DNA of 64,000 nucleotides, taken from the NCBI GenBank assembly GCA_964202055.1, contig CAXNGS010000006.1:32426-96425 (forward strand). Direction: 5' to 3'. Shown piece by piece: positions 36,165 through 46,453 of the stretch; position 1 is the first letter of the stretch; every line of letters begins with the position of its first letter. The notes below the pieces were generated by a model. The model ran no database searches. It had not been told where the DNA came from and was given only the letters and a program-made list of their open reading frames with translations. Source of the DNA: Bdellovibrionota bacterium. GTDB lineage: Bacteria > Bdellovibrionota > UBA2428. A program made the translations under genes and the position numbers.

Positions 36165-36443
36165 TCAGCTAACGTTGCCGAGTGCTTTTTTAATCGCTTG
36201 TTGGATTGAATTGATCGAGTGCGCGTCTTCTTTTTCGATCACGTTGTTAGGTTCTTCGAGTTGCTGCAGTTGGCTTTCGTGAAGCTTGGCCTGGTTGCGC
36301 GCGCCTTGGTCGATTGAGATCGATCCCGAATATTTGAAAGACATCGCGATGGCGACACCGAAGAAAAGCAGGCCGATTCTTGATCCGATTTTCGAGCTGC
36401 TGCGAACTAAAGTGATTTCGTTTTTAATCTTTTCCATATGCAA
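36165..36443 (-). CDS. Hypothetical small single-TM protein
   Basis: One TM helix (IGLLFFGVAIAMSF). The start may be the internal ATG at 36437. Confidence 0.35.
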   Translation of the reverse strand: MHMEKIKNEITLVRSSSKIGSRIGLLFFGVAIAMSFKYSGSISIDQGARNQAKLHESQLQQLEEPNNVIEKEDAHSINSIQQAIKKALGNVS

Positions 36444-36485
36444 TCCCCCTCAAAATTCTCAGATCCCCATCTGCTTTGAAGCAGC

Positions 36486-37673
36486 TTATTTTGCTTGGTA
36501 AGTGACTTGAACGATCGCGCCATCAGCCGGTTTGTAAGAACCAGTGAAGAGCAGTTGCTTCTTAGTTTCGTTGAAGCTCCAACCTTCAGATGCGCTCTTA
36601 GCCACTTCAGTTCCGTCGACGGTCACAACTATGGTGGAGACGTCGGGCTTGTTGCTCAAAACTAAGAGCGGCGAGTAAGACAATTCTAATTCGCTGCCAG
36701 CCGAAGGCTCGTGGCCATTGCGGAAGACAACTTCGTGAGTGGCAGAAACGTAATCCCAATCGGTGCCTTCAACTCGGGCAACGTTGTTTTCTTTAACTTC
36801 GATGGTTCCAGCAACCGGAGTGGCGCGCAGTTTGAATCGCTTGGTCGGACGAGTGACGTTTCGAGCCAAGTCTTCTAACGATGCAGCCATGCTGTTGCCA
36901 TCATTTAAGCATTGCACAGCTTCGGAGGTGCCAGCGTTCAAGGCGCGTGCCGCAGTGGCTAGGCGAGTGCCTGCGCCGTTGCCGAATTCAGTGCCGATTG
37001 CGCAACCAGTAGAAGCGCCAGTCACCCATGCTCGAGCGTTGATGTAGCTATTGTCTGATTTAACACGTAGCGATTCGACGTAAGAACTTAAAGTTCGTGA
37101 ACCTAAGTTCGAGTCGTTGACGCTGACGTCGTCGTTGTCGCTGATGAAGATGTAAACGAGTTGCGAGCGATCGCGGATGAAAGAAAGCTTCGAGTTAGTG
37201 GCCACTCGTCGAGCGGATTCTAACAAGAATCGTCCGTTAGCAGCGTTGGCTTGAGCGAATCCATCCAATTGAAGGTTGATCAAAGATTGAAGATTCAAAA
37301 CGCTCGGAGTGATCGCAGGGCCGACCAATGTCTTTGGAATGTATCTATAGGTGTCTCCGTTTGTAGAGGTGGTGCCGCGGACGAAGCCGATGCGGTAGTC
37401 GATGTCTTTGTCTTCTAAGTCTTGAGCAAAGATATCCATGGAGTTAACGAGGTCTTCGACCTTGTCGTGCATCGAATAGGAATAGTCGGCTACGAATAAG
37501 TAGTCGGCTTGGAGTACGACGTTGGCTTGGTTATACAAATCTTGGTCGTAGTATGAGAACTCGTCGGAGTTCGTTGGAACGAAGGTCGTAGGATCTTCGC
37601 ATCCAGTTAATACCAATAGACCAAGGCCTAGAGCCAAAGTGTTGCTTGAAAAAGTTTTCCCCAGAACTCTCAT
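36486..37673 (-). CDS. vWA-like lipoprotein with a C-terminal beta-sandwich domain
   Basis: GGAGGA, then 4 nt, then ATG 37673. Lipobox LVLTGCEDP. Degenerate MIDAS FVADYSYSM. The C-terminal block IVVTVDGTEV...GWSFNETKKQLLFTG...GAIVQVTY is shared with ORF 55161..57137. Confidence 0.55.
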   Translation of the reverse strand: MRVLGKTFSSNTLALGLGLLVLTGCEDPTTFVPTNSDEFSYYDQDLYNQANVVLQADYLFVADYSYSMHDKVEDLVNSMDIFAQDLEDKDIDYRIGFVRGTTSTNGDTYRYIPKTLVGPAITPSVLNLQSLINLQLDGFAQANAANGRFLLESARRVATNSKLSFIRDRSQLVYIFISDNDDVSVNDSNLGSRTLSSYVESLRVKSDNSYINARAWVTGASTGCAIGTEFGNGAGTRLATAARALNAGTSEAVQCLNDGNSMAASLEDLARNVTRPTKRFKLRATPVAGTIEVKENNVARVEGTDWDYVSATHEVVFRNGHEPSAGSELELSYSPLLVLSNKPDVSTIVVTVDGTEVAKSASEGWSFNETKKQLLFTGSYKPADGAIVQVTYQAK

Positions 37674-37714
37674 AGATTCCTCCAACCCAAAGGTTGCAAG
37701 AGCCGGGCCACTGT

Positions 37715-38701
37715 CTAAATTTGTTGCAGATAGCTCCGCGAAAACTCGATATCTGATTGAATTTGTTTCACAAGCTCGTTAATCGAGGAAAAGCGAATTT
37801 CGTCACGGATTCTGTATAAAAATTCGACACTCATCATTTTTCCATACAAATCACCAACCGGGTTTAGTGAGTCCGGCAGTATATGGGTTTCAATAGAAGA
37901 GATGCTTGAGTTGGGATCAACGGTGGGCCGAACGCCGATGTTGGTGACCGATGGCGCCGCGTTCAATCCTTTGGGGCCTTCAACTGAAGTGCGCGTAACG
38001 TAAACTCCGGATTTTGGAACTAATGATTTTTTGCAGGCCGAGGTGGTTTTTAAATTCGCAGTGGGCACCCCGATTTGGGAGCCGCGTTTAGCTCCGTGAA
38101 CAACGGTGCCTAATAATTGATGTGGGCGTCCCATTAAACGCTCGGCAAGTGGCAAGTCGCCATTGCTTAAAGCTTTGCGAATGCGCGAGCTTGATACCGG
38201 CTCGCCATCCATTAGTAATCGCGGGACTACGTGAATTTGAACACCGGCAGCCTGGCCCAAGGTTTGTAAGGTAGCGACATCACCGGCTTGAGATTTTCCA
38301 AACTTAAAATTCTCGCCAACCACGATGTGATGGGCGTTGTATTTTTCGATCAGTATTTTGTGGAAGAAATTTTCGGGGCTCATCGCCGCAAGATCCAGGT
38401 CGAAGTTTTCGGCAAAGACATTGTCGATGCCGCACTCCAATAATATAGAGGTCTTCATTCCTGGAGGGGTTAGTCTTTCGACTTCAATGCCGGGGCGCAG
38501 GACTTCGATCGGATGGGGTTCAAAAGTTAAAACGCTGAGCATGGCCGGCCCGCTTTTGGAGTTATGAATGGACTCATGAATGGATTTCAATTTTGAAATC
38601 AATTTTTGATGGCCGAAATGAATCCCATCAAAATTTCCAATCGTCAGCAAGTTAGTGAGCGGCACGAGGAGTTTTCTAAAGCCGAGGAATCGCGAAAGCA
38701 A
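37715..38701 (-). CDS. ribF: Bifunctional riboflavin kinase / FMN adenylyltransferase RibF
   Basis: GNFDGIHFGHQKL, GENFKFG, GVPTANL, IETHILP...LYG...VEF...IRDEIRFSSINELVKQIQSDI. The start is uncertain: TTG 38701 or GTG 38665. The track ATG 38839 would overlap the upstream gene by 116 nt. Confidence 0.85.
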   Translation of the reverse strand: MLSRFLGFRKLLVPLTNLLTIGNFDGIHFGHQKLISKLKSIHESIHNSKSGPAMLSVLTFEPHPIEVLRPGIEVERLTPPGMKTSILLECGIDNVFAENFDLDLAAMSPENFFHKILIEKYNAHHIVVGENFKFGKSQAGDVATLQTLGQAAGVQIHVVPRLLMDGEPVSSSRIRKALSNGDLPLAERLMGRPHQLLGTVVHGAKRGSQIGVPTANLKTTSACKKSLVPKSGVYVTRTSVEGPKGLNAAPSVTNIGVRPTVDPNSSISSIETHILPDSLNPVGDLYGKMMSVEFLYRIRDEIRFSSINELVKQIQSDIEFSRSYLQQI

Positions 38702-38723
38702 GTTGGAAAAACTCTGGAAAGAG

Positions 38724-39686
38724 TTAAGGAAATTCGACTCGACGAAGCACAGCGGAATCTTCGCCTTTGCCGCCACTGGCGCGCACCGAGAGTCCCGAAT
38801 TGCCAGGCGTCCACAGCCGTTCTCCTTTGCGAACCTCAAAGGTCGAGTATTGAGTCCCGGTGACTAAGTCGATTTTGGCCACGCCATCGGTGACTTCATA
38901 TAAAACGGGTCGCGGTTGCAGATGAAGTCCGATGCCGGATTCTTGGCTATTTTTTTTGATCTGCCACAAATCAATGCGAATTGGCGAATACTGAAGTTCG
39001 CTGAAGGGATTCTTATAATTGTCTTTGTTGTAAACAATGGTTTGAGCCAAGGTTCCACCAGGTTTGTCGCCATGAGCTGAATAAAACATATTGGCTTGGG
39101 GCATCGATCCGGCAGGAATTTTTTCCAAGTGCCCCGGCTCGAGAGCTATTTTCCATTGGCGTTTTTCAAAGCCCCGCATCGAAGAAAAAACTGACACGAT
39201 TTGTTTGCTACCAAATTGATATTTGAAATCTTCCCATTTTCCGGAGCATTGTTTTTTGCGCGAATCACAGGTCATGTCGATCGCGACGCGGCTGCCGCCG
39301 GGAAGTTGCGCCCAAAAAAATCCGGTGCCGTCAGACGGGTCGTTGATCGGGCTGATCCGACTCATGTCCAAAATTTCCATGTTGGAATTTTTAGAGTTCA
39401 AAACAAATTCTAAAAAATACCGAGTGCCGACTTCCCAGAGCCGAAGCTCAAGGTCCGGTAATGCATTGGCTAATTTTAAAGTTTGACTGCCAGGCCACTC
39501 CTCATTTTTTTTGCTTTCTTCGACCCAGCCCGTTTCGCCTCGAAGAATTCTTGAGAGCCGTGGGCCTTGGGAAGTGACGGTGACAGTGTTGGCGGCCCAA
39601 GCCGAGGACATCAGCGCAAGGCTCAAGGCTAATAGCACTGCATGCACTTTTGCCTGAAACAATGACTTAAGCTTTGCTTGAAACAC
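38724..39686 (-). CDS. Hypothetical secreted protein
   Basis: Signal peptide ending SSAWA-AN. No family motif recognised. Confidence 0.5.
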   Translation of the reverse strand: MFQAKLKSLFQAKVHAVLLALSLALMSSAWAANTVTVTSQGPRLSRILRGETGWVEESKKNEEWPGSQTLKLANALPDLELRLWEVGTRYFLEFVLNSKNSNMEILDMSRISPINDPSDGTGFFWAQLPGGSRVAIDMTCDSRKKQCSGKWEDFKYQFGSKQIVSVFSSMRGFEKRQWKIALEPGHLEKIPAGSMPQANMFYSAHGDKPGGTLAQTIVYNKDNYKNPFSELQYSPIRIDLWQIKKNSQESGIGLHLQPRPVLYEVTDGVAKIDLVTGTQYSTFEVRKGERLWTPGNSGLSVRASGGKGEDSAVLRRVEFP

Positions 39687-39833
39687 TTTGTCCCTTTCTT
39701 CTGCTTTTACTGATTAGGTCTTAACCAAATCTTAATCGTTCAACTAAACAACGAGCCTTGATCATGCTCGCTCATGTTAAATTATCGTTAATTCCCTCCA
39801 TTTGCCACCCTCCAGGTTCGATAAAGAAATAGA

Positions 39834-42512
39834 ATGAAATTAATGACAAAGACCTTTTGGTATTTGCTCTCGCTCACATTTCTTTTTGTGACGAGTCCGG
39901 CGCGCGCCCAGAACGGCGTTGCGAATGCGGCAATCGAACAAAAATTAAATTCAGCTTCTCAAGCCAACTGGGCCGAAGGTCGTCGAGAAAACTTAGCCCG
40001 TTACCAAGAGTTGATTTACGCATTTTTAGACCCCCAGATTTTGGATTCAATGGTCGGCGGGACTTTGCCGGCTCCTTTAACTTCGAGCACTCTTGACCCC
40101 TTTTCCCGCTACCAGGCTCTTGTTTCTCAAATTGTAAAAGACAAAGGCCAACTCCAAAGCCACTTGGCCGAGGTTTCTCGAAAAATTGATGCCGAGAAAA
40201 ATTTGGCGCCGAGCAAACGAACTTTCACGACTTTCTTTTTAGGAAGTCTCCAAAAAATTGAATATCAACTTGAGCAAAAGAAATCTCCAGATGCCGCGAC
40301 TAAGGAATTAAAAGGGCTCTTTATGGATTTAGAATCCAAAGCCCCGAGCCTTCGGAGATCGGCTGATGCCGCCTCCGGTTCCGATGTTTTGTTTGAAGGA
40401 AAATTAATTCCTTATTCGATTCGAAATCCGAGTGGAAATGGAAGTGATTCTTCATTCAACGCTTCGGGGTCTCAGCGAATTGCCAGTCTTGATTTGCCGA
40501 ATTCTCCAAACTCACAAGGCTATGCTTCGAGTTCTAATGGGCGAATTTATAATTCCAGTGCTGAGTCGAGCGACTCTGGCGTTGTGAACACGGTTGCTAT
40601 TAATGAGACGAATCGTGGCTCAGCAGTCAGCGTTGCGGAAGAAGCAGGTTTGCGTTCTTCAGCTGCGGTGGGGACAAATGATGATCCATCGCGACTCTAT
40701 ATAACTGAGTCTAAACTTCAAGAGACTAAGCCCGCTTCTGAGCGAGGATTTTTGTCGGCAAATTCCACCGCTGGTGAAATGACGTCCACCAACAGCGCGG
40801 TGGCAAGCCTTAATCAAAGTGCTGCAGAATTAGCTCAGCGTTTTAAAAATGGAGTGAGAGCTCCAGGTGCGCCGTTAGTCCCGGTGAATTTTGCGGGTGG
40901 TGTAAATCCTGCCAATGCTGGAGCCGTGGCTGTAGAAAGTGCTGCAGCTCCCGGTCACTCGGGTTCAAACAATGCGAATATTGGCGAATCGTCTCCACAA
41001 GTGGCAGCAAGCGGAGCGCCATTGGTTAATGTGAATGTCACCCCGCCAACACCGACCGTGGCCATTGCTGAAATTTCAAAAAAAGAATCCGCACCTACTA
41101 AAGCTGAGGTTTCTACAAAGAGTGCGGATGTTAATTTGACCGCGGCAAGTGCCGATCATCCGGTGGCTTCTAGTGGCCCAGAAGTGTTGGGTCCTTTTTT
41201 GCCGGGTGCCGAGGGAAAAACGGTTGGGGGTCCTGCACTCTTGGCCCCGATCACCGCGCCACCTCTTAAGTATGAATTAGAGCCAGCCAATAAAGTCCCC
41301 TTTTTTCTGGCTAAAGAACCATATAAGCCTTCAGTCGCTTTTGAATTGGCCAGCAATCAATTGTTTGAAAAGCCGATAGGCATCTCTTATTCGGGATCGA
41401 ATTTAACAGATCAAACCACAGACCTTGGATCTTCAGAGGAGAGCAAGGCTTGTCGTGCTGCATTTTCATCTCAGCTTAAGAAAATTTTAGATTCGAATTT
41501 TTCTTCGACCGCTCGAGAGTGGATGGGAACTAAATTTTCTGACATCGTTGCGGGAATTCCCGGCGGCATCGATGAAATCATCGAAGAGTCATTTGATAGT
41601 TTTCAACACAATCCTAAGGCGAAAGATCGATGTGCCTCTAACTTTAAAACTCCAGACGATCAATTTGCTATGGTTGATTCATTTATGAGCACGACGGAGC
41701 GTTTGGTTCGTCGAAAATTTAAATTGGATTTAAAGGGCGGTTGCCCTGATCTGACAAACCCGACTCCTGATCAACGAAGGGCTTATGGGGATTTAATTGA
41801 TTTGTTTGGCAGATTGAACGGCTCCGTTTCTTTGACCGAGCAAGAAGTTAACAAGTCAGGAGGCTCTAAGCACCTCCCGCTAATGATTGGCGCCCGAATT
41901 CTTCCTGATAAAATTGAATCATCTCCGCTGGTGGATTCCTTTTCGGGTCGATTGGCGCAATGCCGCAGCAGTGGCTTGGCGCAAATTTTTTGGAGAAAAG
42001 AATCCATGATGCGACTTTCTCTGAATACATCTGTTTCGAAAGAAAGTGTTTGCGCTCCTAGCTTTGAATATCGAATGATGACGAGTGCCGATGGAGCCAC
42101 CGGAACCCGTCTTTCGGAATACTCAAAATTAATCGCCACAAATAAAGATCTTGGCGCTTCGACTAAGAATGTGATCAACTTTGCAAAGAGCTTTAAAACT
42201 TTTCCGGCCAAAGATCCTGACTATTTGGGTGGGGGCGATCGATTTTTGTTGGGTGCGGCTGATCTTGTGGGCTTGGGCGCGAATGCTGGGGCGATAAATC
42301 GTTACTATACTGAATATGCTCCGGATCAGATCTACACACCACAAGAAATAGAAGTTAAAAAATGCACTTCAAAACTTCAATTGCTCCGCGAGCAACATCG
42401 GATTTTGGTGCAATATGCAGCTTTGCCTGGCTCTACTTTGGTGGAGTCCTTCCGGGCCGAGGCCCCAGTCGAACGAGGAACTGCTTCGGCTGATCACACC
42501 AAGAAAGATTAG
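39834..42512 (+). CDS. Large (892 aa) secreted protein: helical N-terminus, Ser/Ala/Pro/Asn low-complexity centre, Cys-containing C-terminal domain
   Basis: Signal peptide LLSLTFLFVTSPARA-Q. A disordered-type stretch of about 300 aa. C-terminal domain of about 400 aa with 8 Cys. No family motif recognised. Confidence 0.55.
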   Translation: MKLMTKTFWYLLSLTFLFVTSPARAQNGVANAAIEQKLNSASQANWAEGRRENLARYQELIYAFLDPQILDSMVGGTLPAPLTSSTLDPFSRYQALVSQIVKDKGQLQSHLAEVSRKIDAEKNLAPSKRTFTTFFLGSLQKIEYQLEQKKSPDAATKELKGLFMDLESKAPSLRRSADAASGSDVLFEGKLIPYSIRNPSGNGSDSSFNASGSQRIASLDLPNSPNSQGYASSSNGRIYNSSAESSDSGVVNTVAINETNRGSAVSVAEEAGLRSSAAVGTNDDPSRLYITESKLQETKPASERGFLSANSTAGEMTSTNSAVASLNQSAAELAQRFKNGVRAPGAPLVPVNFAGGVNPANAGAVAVESAAAPGHSGSNNANIGESSPQVAASGAPLVNVNVTPPTPTVAIAEISKKESAPTKAEVSTKSADVNLTAASADHPVASSGPEVLGPFLPGAEGKTVGGPALLAPITAPPLKYELEPANKVPFFLAKEPYKPSVAFELASNQLFEKPIGISYSGSNLTDQTTDLGSSEESKACRAAFSSQLKKILDSNFSSTAREWMGTKFSDIVAGIPGGIDEIIEESFDSFQHNPKAKDRCASNFKTPDDQFAMVDSFMSTTERLVRRKFKLDLKGGCPDLTNPTPDQRRAYGDLIDLFGRLNGSVSLTEQEVNKSGGSKHLPLMIGARILPDKIESSPLVDSFSGRLAQCRSSGLAQIFWRKESMMRLSLNTSVSKESVCAPSFEYRMMTSADGATGTRLSEYSKLIATNKDLGASTKNVINFAKSFKTFPAKDPDYLGGGDRFLLGAADLVGLGANAGAINRYYTEYAPDQIYTPQEIEVKKCTSKLQLLREQHRILVQYAALPGSTLVESFRAEAPVERGTASADHTKKD

Positions 42513-44065
42513 AGCTTTCGCCGCTGCTTTTCTAAATCAATTTCATCGCTTGAATATTGAGGTTTTTTTCGAGCCTCGTTTAACAATTCTTTAGCTCGAC
42601 TATTTTTTCCGGCTCCTATAAAAATATCGGCACAGTTAAACAATTCAGTTTTATTGTTGAGCATGGGAAAATCGTTGAAAAGTCTTTCGCAAAAACCTTC
42701 GCCCATCGAATAATTTTTCGCCAGGTAGGCGGCCTTGACTGTAATTCTTAGGATTTCGGGGTCGGGATTTTTTTCTTTAAGAATGGGGCTTAGCAATTTG
42801 ACCACTTCTTTCATGTCGACCAATGCGGCTTCTTTGCGGGAAAAATTATCAGCTTTGTGATTTTCAAAAATGATCAAAGCGATTTTGCGCTGAATTCGAT
42901 AGAGATTGTGGCTATTGGATCCCAAAAGTTTAGTCGCCGATTGATAAGAAGCCAGCGCATTGCCGGGCAATCCGCGAGAATTGAAATCATCGCCGGAGTT
43001 CTCAATCTTTAAAGCATCCACTTCTTGTAAAAATTCAGAGCGGGGGTTCACTTTTCGGATTTGTCGAATCACTTCTGCGAGCTCTAATTTTTTGCCCAGC
43101 TCTTGAAGCGCCAGGGCTTTGTATTCCAGGGCGTCTTTATCAGTGGATTTCTTTTCTAGAATGGTTTCCGAAAAATTTAGTAGTGCGACAAAGTTTTTTT
43201 GTTCGATAAAAGTTTTGGCAGTCACGGCTTGATCACTTTCAGAAGCGGCGCCCAGGTTCTGAAGTCGAGCCAGGTAAGAGGTGGCTTGAGTTTTTAATCC
43301 CTTTTTTAAATAATAGTCTGCCAAGGTGCGAAGGGCCCGCTCATTATTCGGCTCAAAGCTTAGCAAGCTTTCATAGCAGTTGATGAGTTTGTCGGTGTTG
43401 CTGAAGACCACCCCTAATTCTCGGTAGAGATCACAAAGGGCCGAAGTGGCTTCGATTTTAACTTCACGACCTGAATCGCGAATTCCCACGATTCTTTTTA
43501 ATTTTACTTCCGAGTCCAAAACAAAACGGCGAATTTCGTCGTTGTTGATTTGCTGCTGGCCCAAATTAATTCGTTTTCTTTCGTGGGCGTCCCAAATTTT
43601 AAAATACTTAAGCTGCACTTCCGAGTTGTTGACTTCCTTTTCAGCAGCCATCGCGTAACGTTTCATGGCTTCTTTTTCAAGCCCAGCGGCTTCTTCAAGT
43701 TCCGCGGTTTGCCATCGGATTTTGAAGTTCGATTGAAAGGTTTCGTCGCCGTTAGCGAGCGCGGTTAAATAGGCATTCCACTTGGTTTGCGTGCAAGAAA
43801 TTCGCAAACTCTTGGGAAGGCCACTTTGCGATTTTGCTTTTTCTTGGAATAGCGGCATCAAATCAATGTAGAGATCGTAGAGCAGCCGCTCGCGAGTGGA
43901 TCGATTGAGCGCGTCGCCGGCTTGGGCTAATTGCTTAGTGGCTTCGTTGCATCTCGAGAATTTGGCAAAGTCTTGGGCTTGGGCCATGGGGTTAAAATTC
44001 ACGAGACCTAAAATCAGTCCCCAAAATACCAGCACGCTTCGAGATCCGGCCCCATACATTTGCAT
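42509..44065 (-). CDS. Secreted TPR-repeat protein
   Basis: Signal peptide VLVFWGLILGLVNFNPMAQA-Q. Repeated TPR-like units throughout (for example ALRTLADYYLKKGLKTQATSYLARL). Its stop codon overlaps the stop of the convergent gene. Confidence 0.6.
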   Translation of the reverse strand: MQMYGAGSRSVLVFWGLILGLVNFNPMAQAQDFAKFSRCNEATKQLAQAGDALNRSTRERLLYDLYIDLMPLFQEKAKSQSGLPKSLRISCTQTKWNAYLTALANGDETFQSNFKIRWQTAELEEAAGLEKEAMKRYAMAAEKEVNNSEVQLKYFKIWDAHERKRINLGQQQINNDEIRRFVLDSEVKLKRIVGIRDSGREVKIEATSALCDLYRELGVVFSNTDKLINCYESLLSFEPNNERALRTLADYYLKKGLKTQATSYLARLQNLGAASESDQAVTAKTFIEQKNFVALLNFSETILEKKSTDKDALEYKALALQELGKKLELAEVIRQIRKVNPRSEFLQEVDALKIENSGDDFNSRGLPGNALASYQSATKLLGSNSHNLYRIQRKIALIIFENHKADNFSRKEAALVDMKEVVKLLSPILKEKNPDPEILRITVKAAYLAKNYSMGEGFCERLFNDFPMLNNKTELFNCADIFIGAGKNSRAKELLNEARKKPQYSSDEIDLEKQRRKL

Positions 44066-44126
44066 ATGGAAAGTTTAAGGCCAGTTCTCAGGAACCGCAA
44101 TTGGGGCGGCTGTTCATCTTCAGCAA

Positions 44127-45479
44127 TTATTTAAATTTTGAGTCGAGTTCAGGAAAGCTGGCAAAGAGCCCTAGTTGCAACCAGCGATGCAGAGTCACTC
44201 GTGCCAAATCTAAGTCGCGACCCGCTTCAATGTTCTTAAGAGCAGATTGTTGCATGCTCAGCCGTGCGTTGAGCACGTCTTGAAAGGATGCGCCGGCGCC
44301 CAGGTTATAGCGCTGCAATTGAGTTTGAAAGTTGCTGATGATTAAGGATTCAGCCTCTTCAGCCAGAGCTTTTCGCTCTTGGAGGCTTGGCAGATTTTCA
44401 ACGAATTTCTCGACGCCAAAGCTGAGCTCATCTTTTAATTCGTCGATCATCAAGTCGATAGACTCAAGTTGATTGTTGGCGAGTCGAAGCGCGGGCACTT
44501 GCGAATAGCTGAGTGTGAAGTCAGCTTGGGCCGACATGTTTTTTGTGGAAAGTCTGGGGTAGCTTTCTAAATCAAGGGTGTGGGCGGTGATTGAGGCTCC
44601 GCCAAAAAAAGCAAAAACTTTAGACCATCCATCGCTCTCAGCGCTTTTTCGAAGCGCCAGAAGTTGTTCTCTTGAGCTGTTCTTTTCCCAGCTTTCGTCG
44701 GTGATTTTTTCGGACGTCCACTGCTCGGATGGATCGCTTGGCATTTGGTATTCGTCCAAAACGATTGGGCGCTTGGGCTCGACGCCGATGGCGCGTTTCA
44801 TTTCAAGATATTGCTGATTTAAAAACTGTTGGGTCTCTAAAACGCGGACTTGGGCCAATACTCGCTGGCTGCGAGTGATGCTTAACTCCGTATCGTTGGC
44901 GGCGCCAAATTCGTAGCGATTTTCAATCGAGTCTTCAAGCATGCGCAGATCTTCGAGATCTTGCTGAAATTGGCGTAGTAATTTTTGATCTCGCAAAATC
45001 GACAAATAAAGCGACAGAGAAGAAGCCAAAATGTCTTTTTGCAAAATGCGAAAAGCGGTTTTATCAGCCTGATATTGGCGCTTGGCCGAAGCGGTGTGAA
45101 ACCAGTTAGAAGGAACCAGAAAGGGCAGCAAGGCTTGAACCGAAGGAATCAAAAAACTTGGATTTGCTAGTGATGCCGCGACCGTTGAAAAATTGAGCGA
45201 GGGATAGAGTCGGGCACGAGCGGCCGAGTAATTTAGTTTACTTTTTTGCACTTCATTTAGGCCCACGAGAATGCTGTGGCTAGTGGTTGCACTCAACACC
45301 AAGCCTTTGAGGCTTTCAGGATTTAATCGAAGTTCACTGTTGTTGGGCGGGGTGCTTTCGTTGGCAGTGGCTTCAGCCGGTTTTTTGGAACCAAAAGCGA
45401 ATGCTTGGCCCGAAGAAAGCAATATGAATAGGAATAAAAAAGTTTGTGTTTTATCTGCAAACGATTTTCGAAATTTCAT
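44127..45479 (-). CDS. TolC/OEP-family outer membrane channel protein (paralog B)
   Basis: 450 aa, signal peptide. Two repeats of the OEP pattern (LNYSAARARLYPSLNFS..., TELSITRSQRVLAQVRVLETQQ, LNARLSMQQSALKNIEAGRDLDLARVTLHRWL). ATGA overlap with the upstream gene. Confidence 0.7.
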   Translation of the reverse strand: MKFRKSFADKTQTFLFLFILLSSGQAFAFGSKKPAEATANESTPPNNSELRLNPESLKGLVLSATTSHSILVGLNEVQKSKLNYSAARARLYPSLNFSTVAASLANPSFLIPSVQALLPFLVPSNWFHTASAKRQYQADKTAFRILQKDILASSLSLYLSILRDQKLLRQFQQDLEDLRMLEDSIENRYEFGAANDTELSITRSQRVLAQVRVLETQQFLNQQYLEMKRAIGVEPKRPIVLDEYQMPSDPSEQWTSEKITDESWEKNSSREQLLALRKSAESDGWSKVFAFFGGASITAHTLDLESYPRLSTKNMSAQADFTLSYSQVPALRLANNQLESIDLMIDELKDELSFGVEKFVENLPSLQERKALAEEAESLIISNFQTQLQRYNLGAGASFQDVLNARLSMQQSALKNIEAGRDLDLARVTLHRWLQLGLFASFPELDSKFK

Positions 45480-46453
45480 GGCTTGGCCAGCTCTTCAACA
45501 AGTTTAAGATCACGAGTGATCGCGCGTTCACTGCTTTGATATCGACAGTTCAGCTTGGTTGGGTGGCTTGCTTTTGCAGTGGCCAGTCCAGAACAGCGCA
45601 AAGAGAGATGACTTCGGTCTGCTGAACCAATCGAGCGGTAATCGGCCACTAAGGTTCCAATCAGGGGTTCCCAAGTCGCGTTGTTAAAGGGCAGGCTAAA
45701 ACCATTGCTACCTTCGTGAGATTCCCCTCGACGCGCTCGGCTGATGGTTAAAACTGCGCGCACTGATTTTTGCGGAGAGAAAATCTCAGCAAATCGCAAA
45801 GCCGGATCGGTATCAGAGTTGCTAATGAGAAGTGAGACTCTCGATGCGTTTTTAGTAGAGTCGCTCTCTTCGTTATTGGCGGTCATTTCTCCGGTATAAG
45901 TTAAGTTCACTTCATCCTGCCCCAGCAGTCGGTTGGCGATTTGTCCCGAGCGGAAAAAACTTTCAGCACTGCTTCTTTTTTGCATTCGATCCAAAACAAA
46001 TTCGCCACCGTGACTGTCGTAACCAGCCACTTTGAATTCACCTTTCAGTCGATTGCCGTAAATTGCGCCGTCCATTTTGAGGGTTAGTTTTTTGCCAGTG
46101 GATTGCAACATTGAGAATTCAGAATTCACTCGGCCACTCTTCCAGTCATAATAGGTGTGCCCTGAAGAAATATAGATCGGAGATCTGCCCGAAAAAAACA
46201 CCGAAGTTTCTAGTGTGGTTTTTTCCAAACTCAAAGAATCGACTTTGCGATTGGTGCTGAGGTCGATTTGCAAGACTCCCAAAATTTCGTTGTTGCGAGT
46301 GGAGCGCAATTCTCCGCGATAGGTTCCGACCGCCGATTCGATTTTATTTTCGTCTTCGCGGGCTTTGTCACGGTTGTAGTCTTCAAGGCTGCGATCGTTG
46401 CCGCAGGCGGCGAGAGTCAAAGTTAAAAGAAGAAATTTTAAATTATTTTTCAT
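45476..46453 (-). CDS. Hypothetical lipoprotein inside the TolC-paralog operon
   Basis: ATG 46453 (ATGA overlap with the upstream stop) gives MKNNLKFLLLTLTLAACGN (lipobox). Two internally similar beta-rich halves (GTYRGELRS... / LTYTGEMTA...). Confidence 0.55.
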   Translation of the reverse strand: MKNNLKFLLLTLTLAACGNDRSLEDYNRDKAREDENKIESAVGTYRGELRSTRNNEILGVLQIDLSTNRKVDSLSLEKTTLETSVFFSGRSPIYISSGHTYYDWKSGRVNSEFSMLQSTGKKLTLKMDGAIYGNRLKGEFKVAGYDSHGGEFVLDRMQKRSSAESFFRSGQIANRLLGQDEVNLTYTGEMTANNEESDSTKNASRVSLLISNSDTDPALRFAEIFSPQKSVRAVLTISRARRGESHEGSNGFSLPFNNATWEPLIGTLVADYRSIGSADRSHLSLRCSGLATAKASHPTKLNCRYQSSERAITRDLKLVEELAKP

